DNA of 64,000 bases. Source: Ignavibacteriota bacterium (GTDB taxonomy: Bacteria > Bacteroidota > Ignavibacteria > UBA10030 > BY39). The translations under genes were made by a program, and so were the position numbers. Positions 1 to 9,817 of this stretch are shown here, piece by piece. How positions within the stretch are numbered: the stretch's first letter is position 1; each line of letters opens with the position of its first letter. The notes below the pieces were generated by a model. That model was not told the DNA's origin. It was given only the letters and a program-made list of their open reading frames with translations, and made no database searches. The stretch covers positions 399,917 to 463,916 of the forward strand of contig QOQV01000001.1 in the NCBI GenBank assembly GCA_003327435.1, written 5' to 3'.

Positions 1-24
1 TTCATAACACTCCTGTTCAAAAAA

Positions 25-60
25 TATTTAAGAGCCGATAACTTACGAAATCGGCTCTTT
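25..60 (-). terminator. Rho-independent terminator downstream of aminotransferase gene
   Basis: Inverted repeat agagccgat(31-39)/atcggctct(50-58) with 10-nt loop; on the minus strand it is followed by a T-rich tract (taaatatttttt). Sits 8 nt past the stop of the minus-strand ORF ending at 66. Confidence 0.55.
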
Positions 61-65
61 AAATT

Positions 66-1385
66 TTATAATTCTTTTAAGCACTGTTTAATAATCGATA
101 TTCCGTGATCGATTTCTGATTTTGTAATGTTTAACGGAGGTCTGAATCTCATTGATTTTTCTCCACTACCCAGTATAATTAAACCTTTTGAGTAGCAGAG
201 ATTTTTCAACTTATCTCGTTCAGGGGTTGTGTTTAAATCAAAAGCACAGAATAATCCTCTTCCTCTTACATTTGAAACTTTATTTGGAAAATCATTCTGC
301 AATTCTGTGAGTTTAGATTGTAGATAGTTGCCCATTTTTGCTGCATTATCAACCAAATTTTCTTCTTCGATAATTTCGAGATATCTCTGAGATCTAACCA
401 TATCAGTAAGGTTACCACCCCAGGTTGAGTTCAATCGGCTTGAAACTTTGAACACATTATCTGGAATTTCATCTATTCTTTTACTGCAAAGGAATCCACA
501 AACCTGGACTTTTTTACCAAAGCCAATCATATCAGGTTGGACAAAGTGTTGATGAGCCCACATTTTGCCAGTAATTCCGATACCGGTTTGAACTTCATCA
601 CAAATCAGCATTATATCGTTTTCGTCTGCAATTTCTCGAAGGGCTAAGAAAAATTCCTTCCTGAAATGATTGTCGCCACCCTCTCCTTGAATTGGTTCAA
701 TAACAATGGCAGCAATATCGTCAGGATTTTCTTTTATTGCAATTTTAATCTGATTGAGCGCAAGCTGTTCAAGTTTTTCTACGTCTGCAAGATTTTCAGG
801 ATTGAGCGGAAATTTGATTTTGGGATTTATTATGCGAGGCCATTTAAACTTTGGATATAAGGCAACTTTTACAGGTTCTGTGTTCGTCATCGACATTGTG
901 TAGCCAGTTCGTCCATGGAATGCCTGCTGGAAATGAATGACTTTAGTACCTCTCTCTTCAGTATATCCTTTCTGAAAATTTTTTCTGATTTTCCAATCAA
1001 ATGCAGCTTTCAGTGCATTCTCGATTCCAAGTGCACCACCTTCGATGAAAAATGCGTGAGGTAAATAATCTGGAATTGCGATCCGGGAGAAAGTTTCAAC
1101 AAATTCAGCCATCTCAAGTGGATAAATATCAGAGAGTGAAGGTTTATTAATTGCAACATATGTTAACTTTTCAAGAAAAGCTGGATCTTTCATCTTTGGA
1201 TGATTTAAACCAACAGGAATTGATGCAACAAATGTAAAGAAATCCAGATATTCTTTCCCTGTAATTGCATCAACGATAAAAGAGCCATGACTTTTTTTAA
1301 GGTCAAGTACCAAATCAAAACCATCTACAAGTAGATGTTTTTTTAAAATTGAATGTACTTCCTGAGGTAAAATATTTTTTGTCAT
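66..1385 (-). CDS. Class-III PLP-dependent aminotransferase (possibly L-lysine 6-aminotransferase, given the adjacent ALDH)
   Basis: 439 aa. Class-III aminotransferase signature ICDEVQTGIGITGKMWAHQHF (DEVQTG-G-TG) and GFGKK around the PLP-lysine. Size fits LAT/acetylornithine aminotransferase relatives. Confidence 0.8.
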   Translation of the reverse strand: MTKNILPQEVHSILKKHLLVDGFDLVLDLKKSHGSFIVDAITGKEYLDFFTFVASIPVGLNHPKMKDPAFLEKLTYVAINKPSLSDIYPLEMAEFVETFSRIAIPDYLPHAFFIEGGALGIENALKAAFDWKIRKNFQKGYTEERGTKVIHFQQAFHGRTGYTMSMTNTEPVKVALYPKFKWPRIINPKIKFPLNPENLADVEKLEQLALNQIKIAIKENPDDIAAIVIEPIQGEGGDNHFRKEFFLALREIADENDIMLICDEVQTGIGITGKMWAHQHFVQPDMIGFGKKVQVCGFLCSKRIDEIPDNVFKVSSRLNSTWGGNLTDMVRSQRYLEIIEEENLVDNAAKMGNYLQSKLTELQNDFPNKVSNVRGRGLFCAFDLNTTPERDKLKNLCYSKGLIILGSGEKSMRFRPPLNITKSEIDHGISIIKQCLKEL

Positions 1386-1669
1386 ACTTCAGATTCCTTT
1401 TTGTTGATTAATATTTTAAAAACAGATTAGTAGAACCGATTAGTAATGCAATACTAACGGACAGGGAGGGGTTACTTAAAATCGCTCCTGATGCTCAAAA
1501 AATGAGATATGGAAAATAATTCTATAAGTCATACTGACAATAAATACGAAATTTTTAGGAGAAAAACAAAAATCAATTAAGCAATAATAAAGCCGATTTT
1601 CATTCCTTGAATATAAGTATTAATTTAGGGAAGAAAACCGGCTATGTAAATATTACAAAAAAATACCAA

Positions 1670-3154
1670 TTATGTATCTATTTGTGCTTTTTGTAATCGA
1701 CCACTATAATCAACATATACAGTTTTCCATTCAGTATAGAAGTCGTAAACGGTCCAGCCACCTTCACGGTGTCCATTACCTGTTTTTTTCACTCCACCAA
1801 ATGGCATATGTGCTTCTGCTCCAATCGTAGGTGCGTTTACATATGTAATACCAGCTTTAATATCCCGAATTGCTACAAATGCATCATTGACATTTTTTGT
1901 ATAAATTGATGAAGAGAGTCCATAAATTGTACCATTAACAATTTCAATTGCTTCTTCAAGATTTTTTATTCTGATAACAGAAAGTACTGGTCCGAATATT
2001 TCCTCTTGAGCGATTCTCATATTTGGAGTTACATTCTCAAAAATAGTTGGTTCATAGAACCAGCCCTTATTCAAATCACCATCAGTTGCAAATTTTCCCC
2101 CACACACAAGTCGTGCACCTTCATTTAATCCAATCTCCACATAGCTATGTACAGATTTTCTTTGACCTTCGTTAACACATGGACCAACCTGAGTGTCTGG
2201 ATTAAGTCCATTCCCCAATTTTAAGCTTTTAGTTTTCTTTACAAGCATATCCATAAACTTATCATAAACTTTATCATGTAAGAGTAATCGACTTGTTGCA
2301 GTGCATCTTTGTCCAGTTGTTCCAAATGCTCCCCATATAACACCTTCGAGTGCAAGCTCCAGGTCTGCATCATCCATAATGATTACTGCATTCTTTCCGC
2401 CCAATTCGAGCGAAACGCGTTTTAGTGTTTTAGCTGCAGCTTCAGAAATTTTAATTCCAACATCAGTTCCACCAGTGAAACTTATTAATTCAACATCAGG
2501 ATGATTTACTATTCCCATTCCAACCTCACCTCCACCACCGTGTACAATATTTACAACACCATCTGGTACACCGGCTTCGGCAAGAATCTCCACAAGCAGT
2601 GTCGCAGTAGCAGGCGTATCAGAAGCTGGTTTAAATACAACCGTGTTGCCACAGACAATTGCAGGAAAAATTTTCCATGTTGGTATTGCCATTGGGAAAT
2701 TCCATGGAGTTATCACTCCTGCAACTCCAATCGGGATACGAATCGACATATTAAATTTGTTTGGTAACTCGGAAGGAACGGTATGTCCAAACAATCTGCG
2801 TGTTTCAGAAGATGCATAATACGCTGTATCAATACCTTCTTGAACATCGCCACGGGTTTCCATCAATACTTTTCCCATTTCTCGCGTCATTAGTGTAGCG
2901 ATTTCTTCTTTGCGTGCGACTAATATATCCCCAACTTTTTTCATTATCTCGCCTCTTTTGGGTGCTGGTACAAGTCGCCACTTTTCAAATGCTTTCTTCG
3001 CAGCATCCACGGCTTCATTAACATCTTCAACACCAGATTTTGGAAATGTGCCAATCAATTCATCCCAGTTTGCTGGGTTACGATTCTCAAAAGTTTTCCC
3101 GGATTTTGCATCTACCCATTTCCCGTTGATAAAATTTTGATATTTTTTTGACAT
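1670..3154 (-). CDS. NAD(P)-dependent aldehyde dehydrogenase family protein (possible aminoadipate-semialdehyde/piperideine-6-carboxylate dehydrogenase)
   Basis: 494 aa. ALDH motifs ELGGKNA (catalytic Glu) and GQRCTA (catalytic Cys); Rossmann FTGGTDVG. Confidence 0.85.
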   Translation of the reverse strand: MSKKYQNFINGKWVDAKSGKTFENRNPANWDELIGTFPKSGVEDVNEAVDAAKKAFEKWRLVPAPKRGEIMKKVGDILVARKEEIATLMTREMGKVLMETRGDVQEGIDTAYYASSETRRLFGHTVPSELPNKFNMSIRIPIGVAGVITPWNFPMAIPTWKIFPAIVCGNTVVFKPASDTPATATLLVEILAEAGVPDGVVNIVHGGGGEVGMGIVNHPDVELISFTGGTDVGIKISEAAAKTLKRVSLELGGKNAVIIMDDADLELALEGVIWGAFGTTGQRCTATSRLLLHDKVYDKFMDMLVKKTKSLKLGNGLNPDTQVGPCVNEGQRKSVHSYVEIGLNEGARLVCGGKFATDGDLNKGWFYEPTIFENVTPNMRIAQEEIFGPVLSVIRIKNLEEAIEIVNGTIYGLSSSIYTKNVNDAFVAIRDIKAGITYVNAPTIGAEAHMPFGGVKKTGNGHREGGWTVYDFYTEWKTVYVDYSGRLQKAQIDT

Positions 3155-3169
3155 ATTACTTTCTCCTTT

Positions 3170-4477
3170 TTAAATTCCAAGTTTATTAAATATGTAATCT
3201 ATTTTTTTAACACATCTTTTATAATCAAAAATATTTTCTATTTCGTTCTCATTCAAATATTTTCTGACTTCTAAATCATCAAGCAATTTTTTCTTAAACA
3301 AATCTTGAGAGCTGTCACCTTTTCCCTTCCAGATTTCCATGGCATATTTTTGAACTAAAGCATAGGCATCTTCACGTTTCATACCCTTCAGGGTTAAAGC
3401 AAGCATTACTTCTTGCGAAAAAATTAAACCGCCAGTTAATTTAAGATTTTTTTCCATATTTTGAGGATATACAACCAACTTTTCAACAATATCTTTAAAT
3501 GTACTGATCATATAATCAATTAATATGCAGCTATCGGGGATTATGATCCGTTCTACAGATGAATGCGAAATATCACGCTCATGCCAGAGTGCTACATTCT
3601 CCAATGCTGCCTGAGCATTTGCGCGAATGATTCTTGCCAGACCGGATAATCTCTCGCATGTTATTGGATTTCTTTTATGTGGCATTGCAGATGAACCCTT
3701 CTGACCAGGTGAAAAATATTCTTCAACTTCGAGAACTTCCGTCTTCTGTAAATGTCTAATTTCAGTGGAAAATTTTTCTATGGATCCAGCAATTACTGCA
3801 AGGGTTGATAGAAATTCTGCATGAATGTCTCTCTGAATAATTTGAGTTGATACATTTGCGGGTTTCAATCCAAGTTTTTCACAAACATAATTTTCAACAA
3901 ATGGATCAATATGTTCATAAGTACCAACAGCGCCTGAAATTTTTCCAATTGAGATGTTTTCCAATGCCTGCTTCATTCTTTTAATATTACGAACTGTCTC
4001 GTCATACCAGAGGGCTAATTTAAATCCAAAAGTGATTGGTTCGGCATGTACACCATGTGTTCTACCAATCATCAATGTATACTTAAATTCATTGGCTCTT
4101 TTTGCAAGAATCTGACTGAGTACCTCTAAATCTTGAATTATTAACTCAGCTGATTGTTTCATCTGAAGGGATAATCCGGTGTCAAGAATATCAGAAGAAG
4201 TCATTCCAATATGAATAAAACGGGATGCTTCACCAACATACTCACCAACATTTGTAAGGAAAGCAATAACATCATGTTTAACGATTTGCTCGATTTCTTC
4301 AATTCTTTTAATATCAAAATTTGCCCGACTTTTAATTTGATTTAAAGCTTTTTCAGGAATCAATCCTAATTTGTTCTGGGCTTCACAGGCAAGTATTTCA
4401 ATTTCGAGGAAGAGTCGGAATTTGTTCTCATCCGACCAGATACTGCCCATTTCCTTTCTTGTATATCTGGGAATCAT
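3170..4477 (-). CDS. purB: Adenylosuccinate lyase
   Basis: 435 aa. Fumarate-lyase superfamily signature SSAMPHKRNP. 4-nt overlap with the upstream htrA-like gene. Confidence 0.9.
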   Translation of the reverse strand: MIPRYTRKEMGSIWSDENKFRLFLEIEILACEAQNKLGLIPEKALNQIKSRANFDIKRIEEIEQIVKHDVIAFLTNVGEYVGEASRFIHIGMTSSDILDTGLSLQMKQSAELIIQDLEVLSQILAKRANEFKYTLMIGRTHGVHAEPITFGFKLALWYDETVRNIKRMKQALENISIGKISGAVGTYEHIDPFVENYVCEKLGLKPANVSTQIIQRDIHAEFLSTLAVIAGSIEKFSTEIRHLQKTEVLEVEEYFSPGQKGSSAMPHKRNPITCERLSGLARIIRANAQAALENVALWHERDISHSSVERIIIPDSCILIDYMISTFKDIVEKLVVYPQNMEKNLKLTGGLIFSQEVMLALTLKGMKREDAYALVQKYAMEIWKGKGDSSQDLFKKKLLDDLEVRKYLNENEIENIFDYKRCVKKIDYIFNKLGI

Positions 4478-5673
4478 CGAGAAACTTGTTCAAGTTTTAA
4501 TTTTAAATTGATAAATTTTTTCTCTCTCAGCACTTTCAGATTTAAAATATCACCCGCTTTTGCATCAGTTATAATTGATATAACATTATCCTCATTGATG
4601 ATTTTTTCACCGTTAATCTCAACAATTATGTCACCAACTTTTAATCCAGCTTTTTCTGCAGGGCTTCCGCGTTTAACATCACTTACAATCACACCTTCAG
4701 CTTTTTCGAGACCAAAATATCTTGCAATCCTTGCATCAACGGATTGGATCTCAAGTCCTGTGTAAAAATTTCGTTCAATTTTACCTTTTGTTTTTAATTC
4801 ATCCACTATTTTTTTAACTCGATTTATAGGTATAGCAAAACCCACACCTACATTACCCTGATTAGGAGTGAATATAACAGCATTTACACCGATGGCTTCT
4901 CCAAGTGTATTAATCAGCGGACCGCCACTATTTCCAGAATTAATTGCAGCATCGGTCTGAATCATACCACGATAAAATCTTCCACCCTCTGGTCTCAAGT
5001 TCAAACCTGTAGCGCTCACAACACCAACAGTCACTGTTGGTTTATCAGCTATTTCAAAAAGTCCAAATGGATTACCAAGTGCAATTACCCATTCGCCAAT
5101 TATTATATCATCTGAGTTACCTAACTTGATGTAAGGTAAATTCTTGCCGTTTATCTTTATCAATGCAATATCCGATACCATATCAGTGCCTATTAACTCA
5201 GCATCATATTTTTCGCCACTTGTGAGTGTAACAGTTATTGACTTTGCATTACCAGCAACATGATCATTTGTTAAAATATATCCATCTGGAGAAATAATAA
5301 ATCCCGAGCCGAGACCTTTTATTTCCTGACGGTAAGTTCTATCTCCAAAAAATTGTCTAAAGAAAGGATCATCCCCAAAAAAGCGGCTCCAGGGATCGCG
5401 ATATTCTCTTATTTCAATTACATTAATACCGACTACCGCTGGACTCGCAATTGCTACAGCTTGCGTAATTGCATTGTGTCGTTGATTATACAGCTGACTA
5501 TTCACGTCCTCTTTCTGCCCTGCCTGTTGCAGTACAGCTGGCTCTGATTCCTGATAAATGTGTGAGGCTTCAATATTATCATTTTCTTCAAATTTACCTA
5601 TCGAATTCCCGATCAACACTCCAAAGCCAAAAACAACCAATAATGTAATTAGAAATAAAATTTTATTTTTCAT
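4474..5673 (-). CDS. HtrA/DegP-family periplasmic serine protease with C-terminal PDZ domain
   Basis: 399 aa. N-terminal signal/anchor; catalytic triad context TNDHV...D...GNSGGPL; C-terminal PDZ-like region (GLKVGDIIVEINGEKI). Confidence 0.85.
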   Translation of the reverse strand: MKNKILFLITLLVVFGFGVLIGNSIGKFEENDNIEASHIYQESEPAVLQQAGQKEDVNSQLYNQRHNAITQAVAIASPAVVGINVIEIREYRDPWSRFFGDDPFFRQFFGDRTYRQEIKGLGSGFIISPDGYILTNDHVAGNAKSITVTLTSGEKYDAELIGTDMVSDIALIKINGKNLPYIKLGNSDDIIIGEWVIALGNPFGLFEIADKPTVTVGVVSATGLNLRPEGGRFYRGMIQTDAAINSGNSGGPLINTLGEAIGVNAVIFTPNQGNVGVGFAIPINRVKKIVDELKTKGKIERNFYTGLEIQSVDARIARYFGLEKAEGVIVSDVKRGSPAEKAGLKVGDIIVEINGEKIINEDNVISIITDAKAGDILNLKVLREKKFINLKLKLEQVSR

Positions 5674-6676
5674 ATTTCAACTCCATCTTTTCAACTAATT
5701 TTCTCTTTAAAACTTTTTTCACTGCATCAACTATACCATCCTTTGAAATACCGTATAACTTCATCAATTCCATTCCATTTCCTGATTCTCCAAATTTGTC
5801 TTTGATAGCAACAAATTCTTGAGGGACTGGATAATTCTGGGTCAAAACCTCAGCAACAGCACTTCCCAATCCACCATGAATTTGATGATCTTCCGCTGTT
5901 ACTATTGCACCTGTTTCTTTGGCAGCTTTAATGATAGCATTTTTATCAATTGGTTTTATCGTATGCATATTAATAACTCGAACACTGACACCTTGAGCAG
6001 AAAGTTCCTCTTCGGCAAGTATTGCTTCCCAGACCTGAAGACCGCAGGCAATGATTGTAACATCACTCCCATCGATTAACTGAATAGATTTTCCAATTTC
6101 GAATGGTGTATTTTCGTCATTGAATACTGGAGTATTATCTCTAAAGAATCTCACATATGCTGGTCCGTTGTAATTTATTACTGCTTTGATCATTTTTTTT
6201 GTTTCAATATAATCGGATGGTGAAAGCACAACCATATTTGGGAGTACGCGCATTAATGCGATATCCTCAAGTGCTTGATGAGTTGCACCATCTGGACCGA
6301 CTGTGATTCCACAGTGAGAAGCGCAAATTTTAACATTCAGTTTACTATATGCAACTGATTGTCGGATTTGATCATATGGTCTACCTGTCGCAAATTCACC
6401 ATAAGTTGATGCGACTGGAATTTTACCTGCAACTGCAAGACCGGCAGCGGTGCCAATCATATCCTGCTCTGCAATTCCGACAGAAAAAAATCTTTCAGGA
6501 AAAGCATTTTTAAAAAGGTCTGTTCTAACTGAACCAGTTACATCCGCACCAATTACAACCAGGTTTGGATTCTGATGTCCTATTTCTACCAGGGCTTCGC
6601 CAAAACCGAGGCGAGTTGCTTTCATTTCTTTTAATTTGTACTTAGCCAATTTATATTCCTCTAATTGTTTTCCCAA
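5663..6676 (-). CDS. Transketolase, C-terminal subunit (pyrimidine-binding and C-terminal domains)
   Basis: 337 aa. Transketolase Pyr-domain-like sequence (GADVTGS..., AEQDMIGTAAGLA). Overlaps the N-terminal subunit gene by 16 nt, i.e. a split tkt. Confidence 0.85.
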   Translation of the reverse strand: MGKQLEEYKLAKYKLKEMKATRLGFGEALVEIGHQNPNLVVIGADVTGSVRTDLFKNAFPERFFSVGIAEQDMIGTAAGLAVAGKIPVASTYGEFATGRPYDQIRQSVAYSKLNVKICASHCGITVGPDGATHQALEDIALMRVLPNMVVLSPSDYIETKKMIKAVINYNGPAYVRFFRDNTPVFNDENTPFEIGKSIQLIDGSDVTIIACGLQVWEAILAEEELSAQGVSVRVINMHTIKPIDKNAIIKAAKETGAIVTAEDHQIHGGLGSAVAEVLTQNYPVPQEFVAIKDKFGESGNGMELMKLYGISKDGIVDAVKKVLKRKLVEKMELKYEK

Positions 6677-7533
6677 TCAAATTTTATAAAATCTCCAAAC
6701 GATGTTGGAGGAAGTTCACTTAATGCTTGTTTAGCCTGTTCTTCATTTGGTGGTACACCATGCCATTTATAATCGTTATGCATAAAGCTAACATTGTTAC
6801 CCATAAAAGTTTTAGCAATTATTACAGATGGTTTATCCACACATTGTTTGGATTTTTCAACAGCATTTAAAAACTCTTCTATTGAATGTCCATTACATTC
6901 AATGACATTCCAGCCAAAGGCTTTCCATTTATCGGTGAGCGGTTCAAGATGCATTACAACATGTGTGTAGTTATCAATCTGGCAATCATTTCGATCAACT
7001 ATGGCAGTCAAATTACTTACTTTATGATGTGCTGCAGTCATTGCAGCTTCCCAGATTTGACCTTCATCCAGTTCACCATCACCGAGCAGAACATAAACTC
7101 GACTTTTTTTTGCATCTAGACGTATGCCCAGAGCACAGCCGACTGCTATCGACAATCCCTGACCAAGCGAACCGGATGCAACTTCAATACCTGGCAAACC
7201 GTGTGTATGTGCTGGTGCGGGATGTCCTTGAAGTCGTGTGTGAATTTTTCTTAGAGTTTTAAGTTCATCAAGTGGGAAATAACCTGCACGTGCAAGGGCT
7301 GCATACCATACAGGTGCAAGATGTCCGGCCGATAAGAAGAAGTAATCCCTATCACTCCATTGCGGATTCTTGGGATCTATATTCAGGATTTTGAAATATA
7401 GTGCTGAAAAAATTTCAGCAAGTCCGATTGGCCCACCTGAATGACCAGATTTTGATATAGTTAGCATTTTAATTACATCCCGGCGGAGTTGCCGAGCCAT
7501 TTCATAAAGTTTTTCGATACTAAAGTTATTCAT
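6661..7533 (-). CDS. Transketolase, N-terminal subunit (TPP-binding)
   Basis: 290 aa. TPP-binding GDG-like motif LLGDGELDEGQIWEA and HSGGPIGLAEI; forms a split transketolase with the adjacent gene. Confidence 0.85.
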   Translation of the reverse strand: MNNFSIEKLYEMARQLRRDVIKMLTISKSGHSGGPIGLAEIFSALYFKILNIDPKNPQWSDRDYFFLSAGHLAPVWYAALARAGYFPLDELKTLRKIHTRLQGHPAPAHTHGLPGIEVASGSLGQGLSIAVGCALGIRLDAKKSRVYVLLGDGELDEGQIWEAAMTAAHHKVSNLTAIVDRNDCQIDNYTHVVMHLEPLTDKWKAFGWNVIECNGHSIEEFLNAVEKSKQCVDKPSVIIAKTFMGNNVSFMHNDYKWHGVPPNEEQAKQALSELPPTSFGDFIKFDWENN

Positions 7534-8158
7534 TGAGCTTTTTACCTTTTAATATTAACTGAATTTGATCTCTATGTGATAATAATAACAAAAAGCAAAC
7601 AGGTACAGAAAATAACAACAGCTGGTTTTTATCATTAAAAGAAAAAATATTTAAATTCAAAATACTATCTGGTACAAAAAACAAAAAAATTGGAGTTAAT
7701 ATAGTTGCAATAATATTTGAGATGTGTATATTTTTTCTAATTAAGTATACTGCTGAAAAAAACAATACCCAGACGATTATAAAAATCCATGCAGTCATCA
7801 ACATAATACCAGCAGTAACAGCCAATCCTCTACCACCTTTGAATTTTAACCATAACGGGAATAAATGTCCAATTATTAAAAAAATCCCGCTTAAAAAAAT
7901 CACAAAAAAATTAGAACCAAAAAAATATACACAAATTAGAATACAAACAATCGATTTTATTATATCTAAAAGAAGGACCGATAAACCAACGAATACAGAT
8001 TGGGATACTTCTAGAGCATTCATAGTACCAACGATGCCACTACCTTCTTTTCTAATATCTTTATTTTGTGTTGCTTTCAAAAGCAAATATGCAGATGGAA
8101 AAGAGCCAAAAACATATGATAAGAATACGATAACCAAATATTCAAAAAAACTCTGCAT
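7526..8158 (-). CDS. plsY: Glycerol-3-phosphate acyltransferase PlsY
   Basis: 210 aa polytopic membrane protein. EGSGIVGTMNA resembles the PlsY GSGNxGATN motif. Confidence 0.7.
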   Translation of the reverse strand: MQSFFEYLVIVFLSYVFGSFPSAYLLLKATQNKDIRKEGSGIVGTMNALEVSQSVFVGLSVLLLDIIKSIVCILICVYFFGSNFFVIFLSGIFLIIGHLFPLWLKFKGGRGLAVTAGIMLMTAWIFIIVWVLFFSAVYLIRKNIHISNIIATILTPIFLFFVPDSILNLNIFSFNDKNQLLLFSVPVCFLLLLSHRDQIQLILKGKKLNE

Positions 8159-8252
8159 TATAGTAAATCTTAAATTTTATAAAAAATACGAAAAATTAGC
8201 TGGATAAGCAAAAAGTGGTTTAAGGGGGAAGGATAAATTTTAAACTAATATT

Positions 8253-8281
8253 TTGTCAATTAAAATCTTAATCGTTATATT
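8253..8281 (+). promoter_or_regulatory. Candidate sigma70-type promoter for the 8326 ORF
   Basis: TTGTCA (8253-8258), 17-nt spacer, TATATT (8276-8281). AGGAG RBS precedes the ATG at 8326. Confidence 0.35.
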
Positions 8282-8325
8282 ATATTAGATAATTAAGACC
8301 TTAATAACAAGCTAAAGGAGTTGTT

Positions 8326-8742
8326 ATGAAAAAATTTTGGGTGTCTTTTATTGCTGTATTTATAGCGATGGTAATCATCAATGCTTTAATCCACAGTTTA
8401 ATTTTAGGACCCACATACCAATCCGCTGAAATGAAAAACATATGGCGCACAGATATGCAAGCTAAAATGTGGATATATTACATTGTGTATCTTATCACCT
8501 CATTCTTCTTTGTGTTGATTTTTTCAAAAGGTTATACAGGAAAGGGAATTATTGAGGGTGTTAGGTATGGAATATACATCGGCTTTTTAATGTCTGTTCC
8601 GATGGCTTATGCTACATACGCAATGATTCCAATTCCATATTCTATTGCTGTACAATGGTTTATCTATGGAATGATACAATATATAATTTTGGGTATTATC
8701 GTTGCAGCGATATATGGCAAACATGAACAGAAAACTAGTTAA
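8326..8742 (+). CDS. Hypothetical small polytopic membrane protein (about 4 TM)
   Basis: 138 aa, four hydrophobic helices, preceded by aaaggag RBS. No recognisable catalytic motif. Confidence 0.5.
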   Translation: MKKFWVSFIAVFIAMVIINALIHSLILGPTYQSAEMKNIWRTDMQAKMWIYYIVYLITSFFFVLIFSKGYTGKGIIEGVRYGIYIGFLMSVPMAYATYAMIPIPYSIAVQWFIYGMIQYIILGIIVAAIYGKHEQKTS

Positions 8743-8759
8743 AAACCAAATTTAGATTT

Positions 8760-9809
8760 TCACCCTTTTTTCCATTCATAAACTTCATAACCATCGACTA
8801 CTTCGTTAATGGGTTGAAAACCATCACGGGTGGCAAGTGGCTCAATGGAAGGTTTCGCTATCCAGATTGCATTAGGACGAGCATGCTTCTGAAAATGTCC
8901 TGCAATATCAATTACTCGATCAGCTATCTCTTCAAGTGGAAGTTCATCATCATAATAAACAAAACCGGAATTAACACCAGCCCTAACTGAAAAATCCTTT
9001 TTTATTGTCTTTATATTTCTATTAAATGCTTCAAGTCCGATTATAACTTCCCTTCCTGCATTAACTGCTTGATCAACTTTCTCGAAGCAAGCCATAACTC
9101 CGTCAGGAGTCCATGCTGTTTTCATCACATTATTATTTATCAAAACACCTTCAACAAATCTTTTAAATTCTTTAAAGTCATGTTCAACAAATGCTTTTTC
9201 TTCTCCTTCTTTCATCTTGGTTGAATCAACCACATCAATTGATAAGAATGCCAGATCTCTACCCATCGCATCCAATTTTCTTTTCGTCTCTATAAATTGT
9301 CTTAATATTTCTTCGCGATCTTTTGGTTTTGCATTTTCTAAATTGCTTAAGGCATCATCCAATTTATGAGTTAATTTTGAACCTTTCTTAATTGGTTGCT
9401 GGCTCTTCCACAGCTCATACTTTCTTCTAAAATGCATTAAATAACTTTTATCTTTTATTCTATCAGAATTCCTCTCAAATGTACCTTTAAGGATCAGAAG
9501 TCCAATGATAATTATCCATGCTGAGGCATCAAATTTCCCAATTTTTGTAGGTATCTGAGTATTTAACAAGTGAACTGTTCGTCTCATGATTTGATCCAAA
9601 AATTTTAGTGCTGGATAATTTTCATAACCTTCAAAATATGGAATTATCGCAGCCACTATGTAAATTACAATTGCAAAACCAATAAAATATGAAATGAATC
9701 TGAATATATGTGATAAAGCCAGGAGAGAATTTTCAAGAAAAGTTTTTCGGACTTTAACACCCGTTAATGTATATTCAAGCGAACTGGTATCTAATTTCGT
9801 TTTACCCAT
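8760..9809 (-). CDS. Membrane-anchored class-III nucleotidyl cyclase-like protein (2 TM, coiled coil, cyclase domain)
   Basis: 349 aa. Two N-terminal TM helices. Cyclase-homology motifs FLSIDVVDST (metal Asp1), TPDGVMACFE (metal Asp2) and VRAGVNSGFVYY (purine-binding loop). The transition-state Asn/Arg region (VIDIAGHFQKHARPN) is non-canonical. Confidence 0.6.
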   Translation of the reverse strand: MGKTKLDTSSLEYTLTGVKVRKTFLENSLLALSHIFRFISYFIGFAIVIYIVAAIIPYFEGYENYPALKFLDQIMRRTVHLLNTQIPTKIGKFDASAWIIIIGLLILKGTFERNSDRIKDKSYLMHFRRKYELWKSQQPIKKGSKLTHKLDDALSNLENAKPKDREEILRQFIETKRKLDAMGRDLAFLSIDVVDSTKMKEGEEKAFVEHDFKEFKRFVEGVLINNNVMKTAWTPDGVMACFEKVDQAVNAGREVIIGLEAFNRNIKTIKKDFSVRAGVNSGFVYYDDELPLEEIADRVIDIAGHFQKHARPNAIWIAKPSIEPLATRDGFQPINEVVDGYEVYEWKKG

Positions 9810-9817
9810 GAAATTTT

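Noticed and set aside
666-860. Numerous 60-160 aa ORFs antisense to or embedded in the long minus-strand genes, for example 666-860, 2301-2767, 12639-12980, 40680-40964, 50215-51327 and 55368-55628
   Set aside because: Each is fully contained within a longer ORF that has clear family motifs on the opposite strand or another frame. None has an independent RBS or recognisable motifs.
7722-8207. 161-aa plus-strand ORF antisense to plsY
   Set aside because: It lies entirely within and antisense to a well-supported membrane-protein gene; the K/I-rich composition is typical of AT-rich antisense frames.
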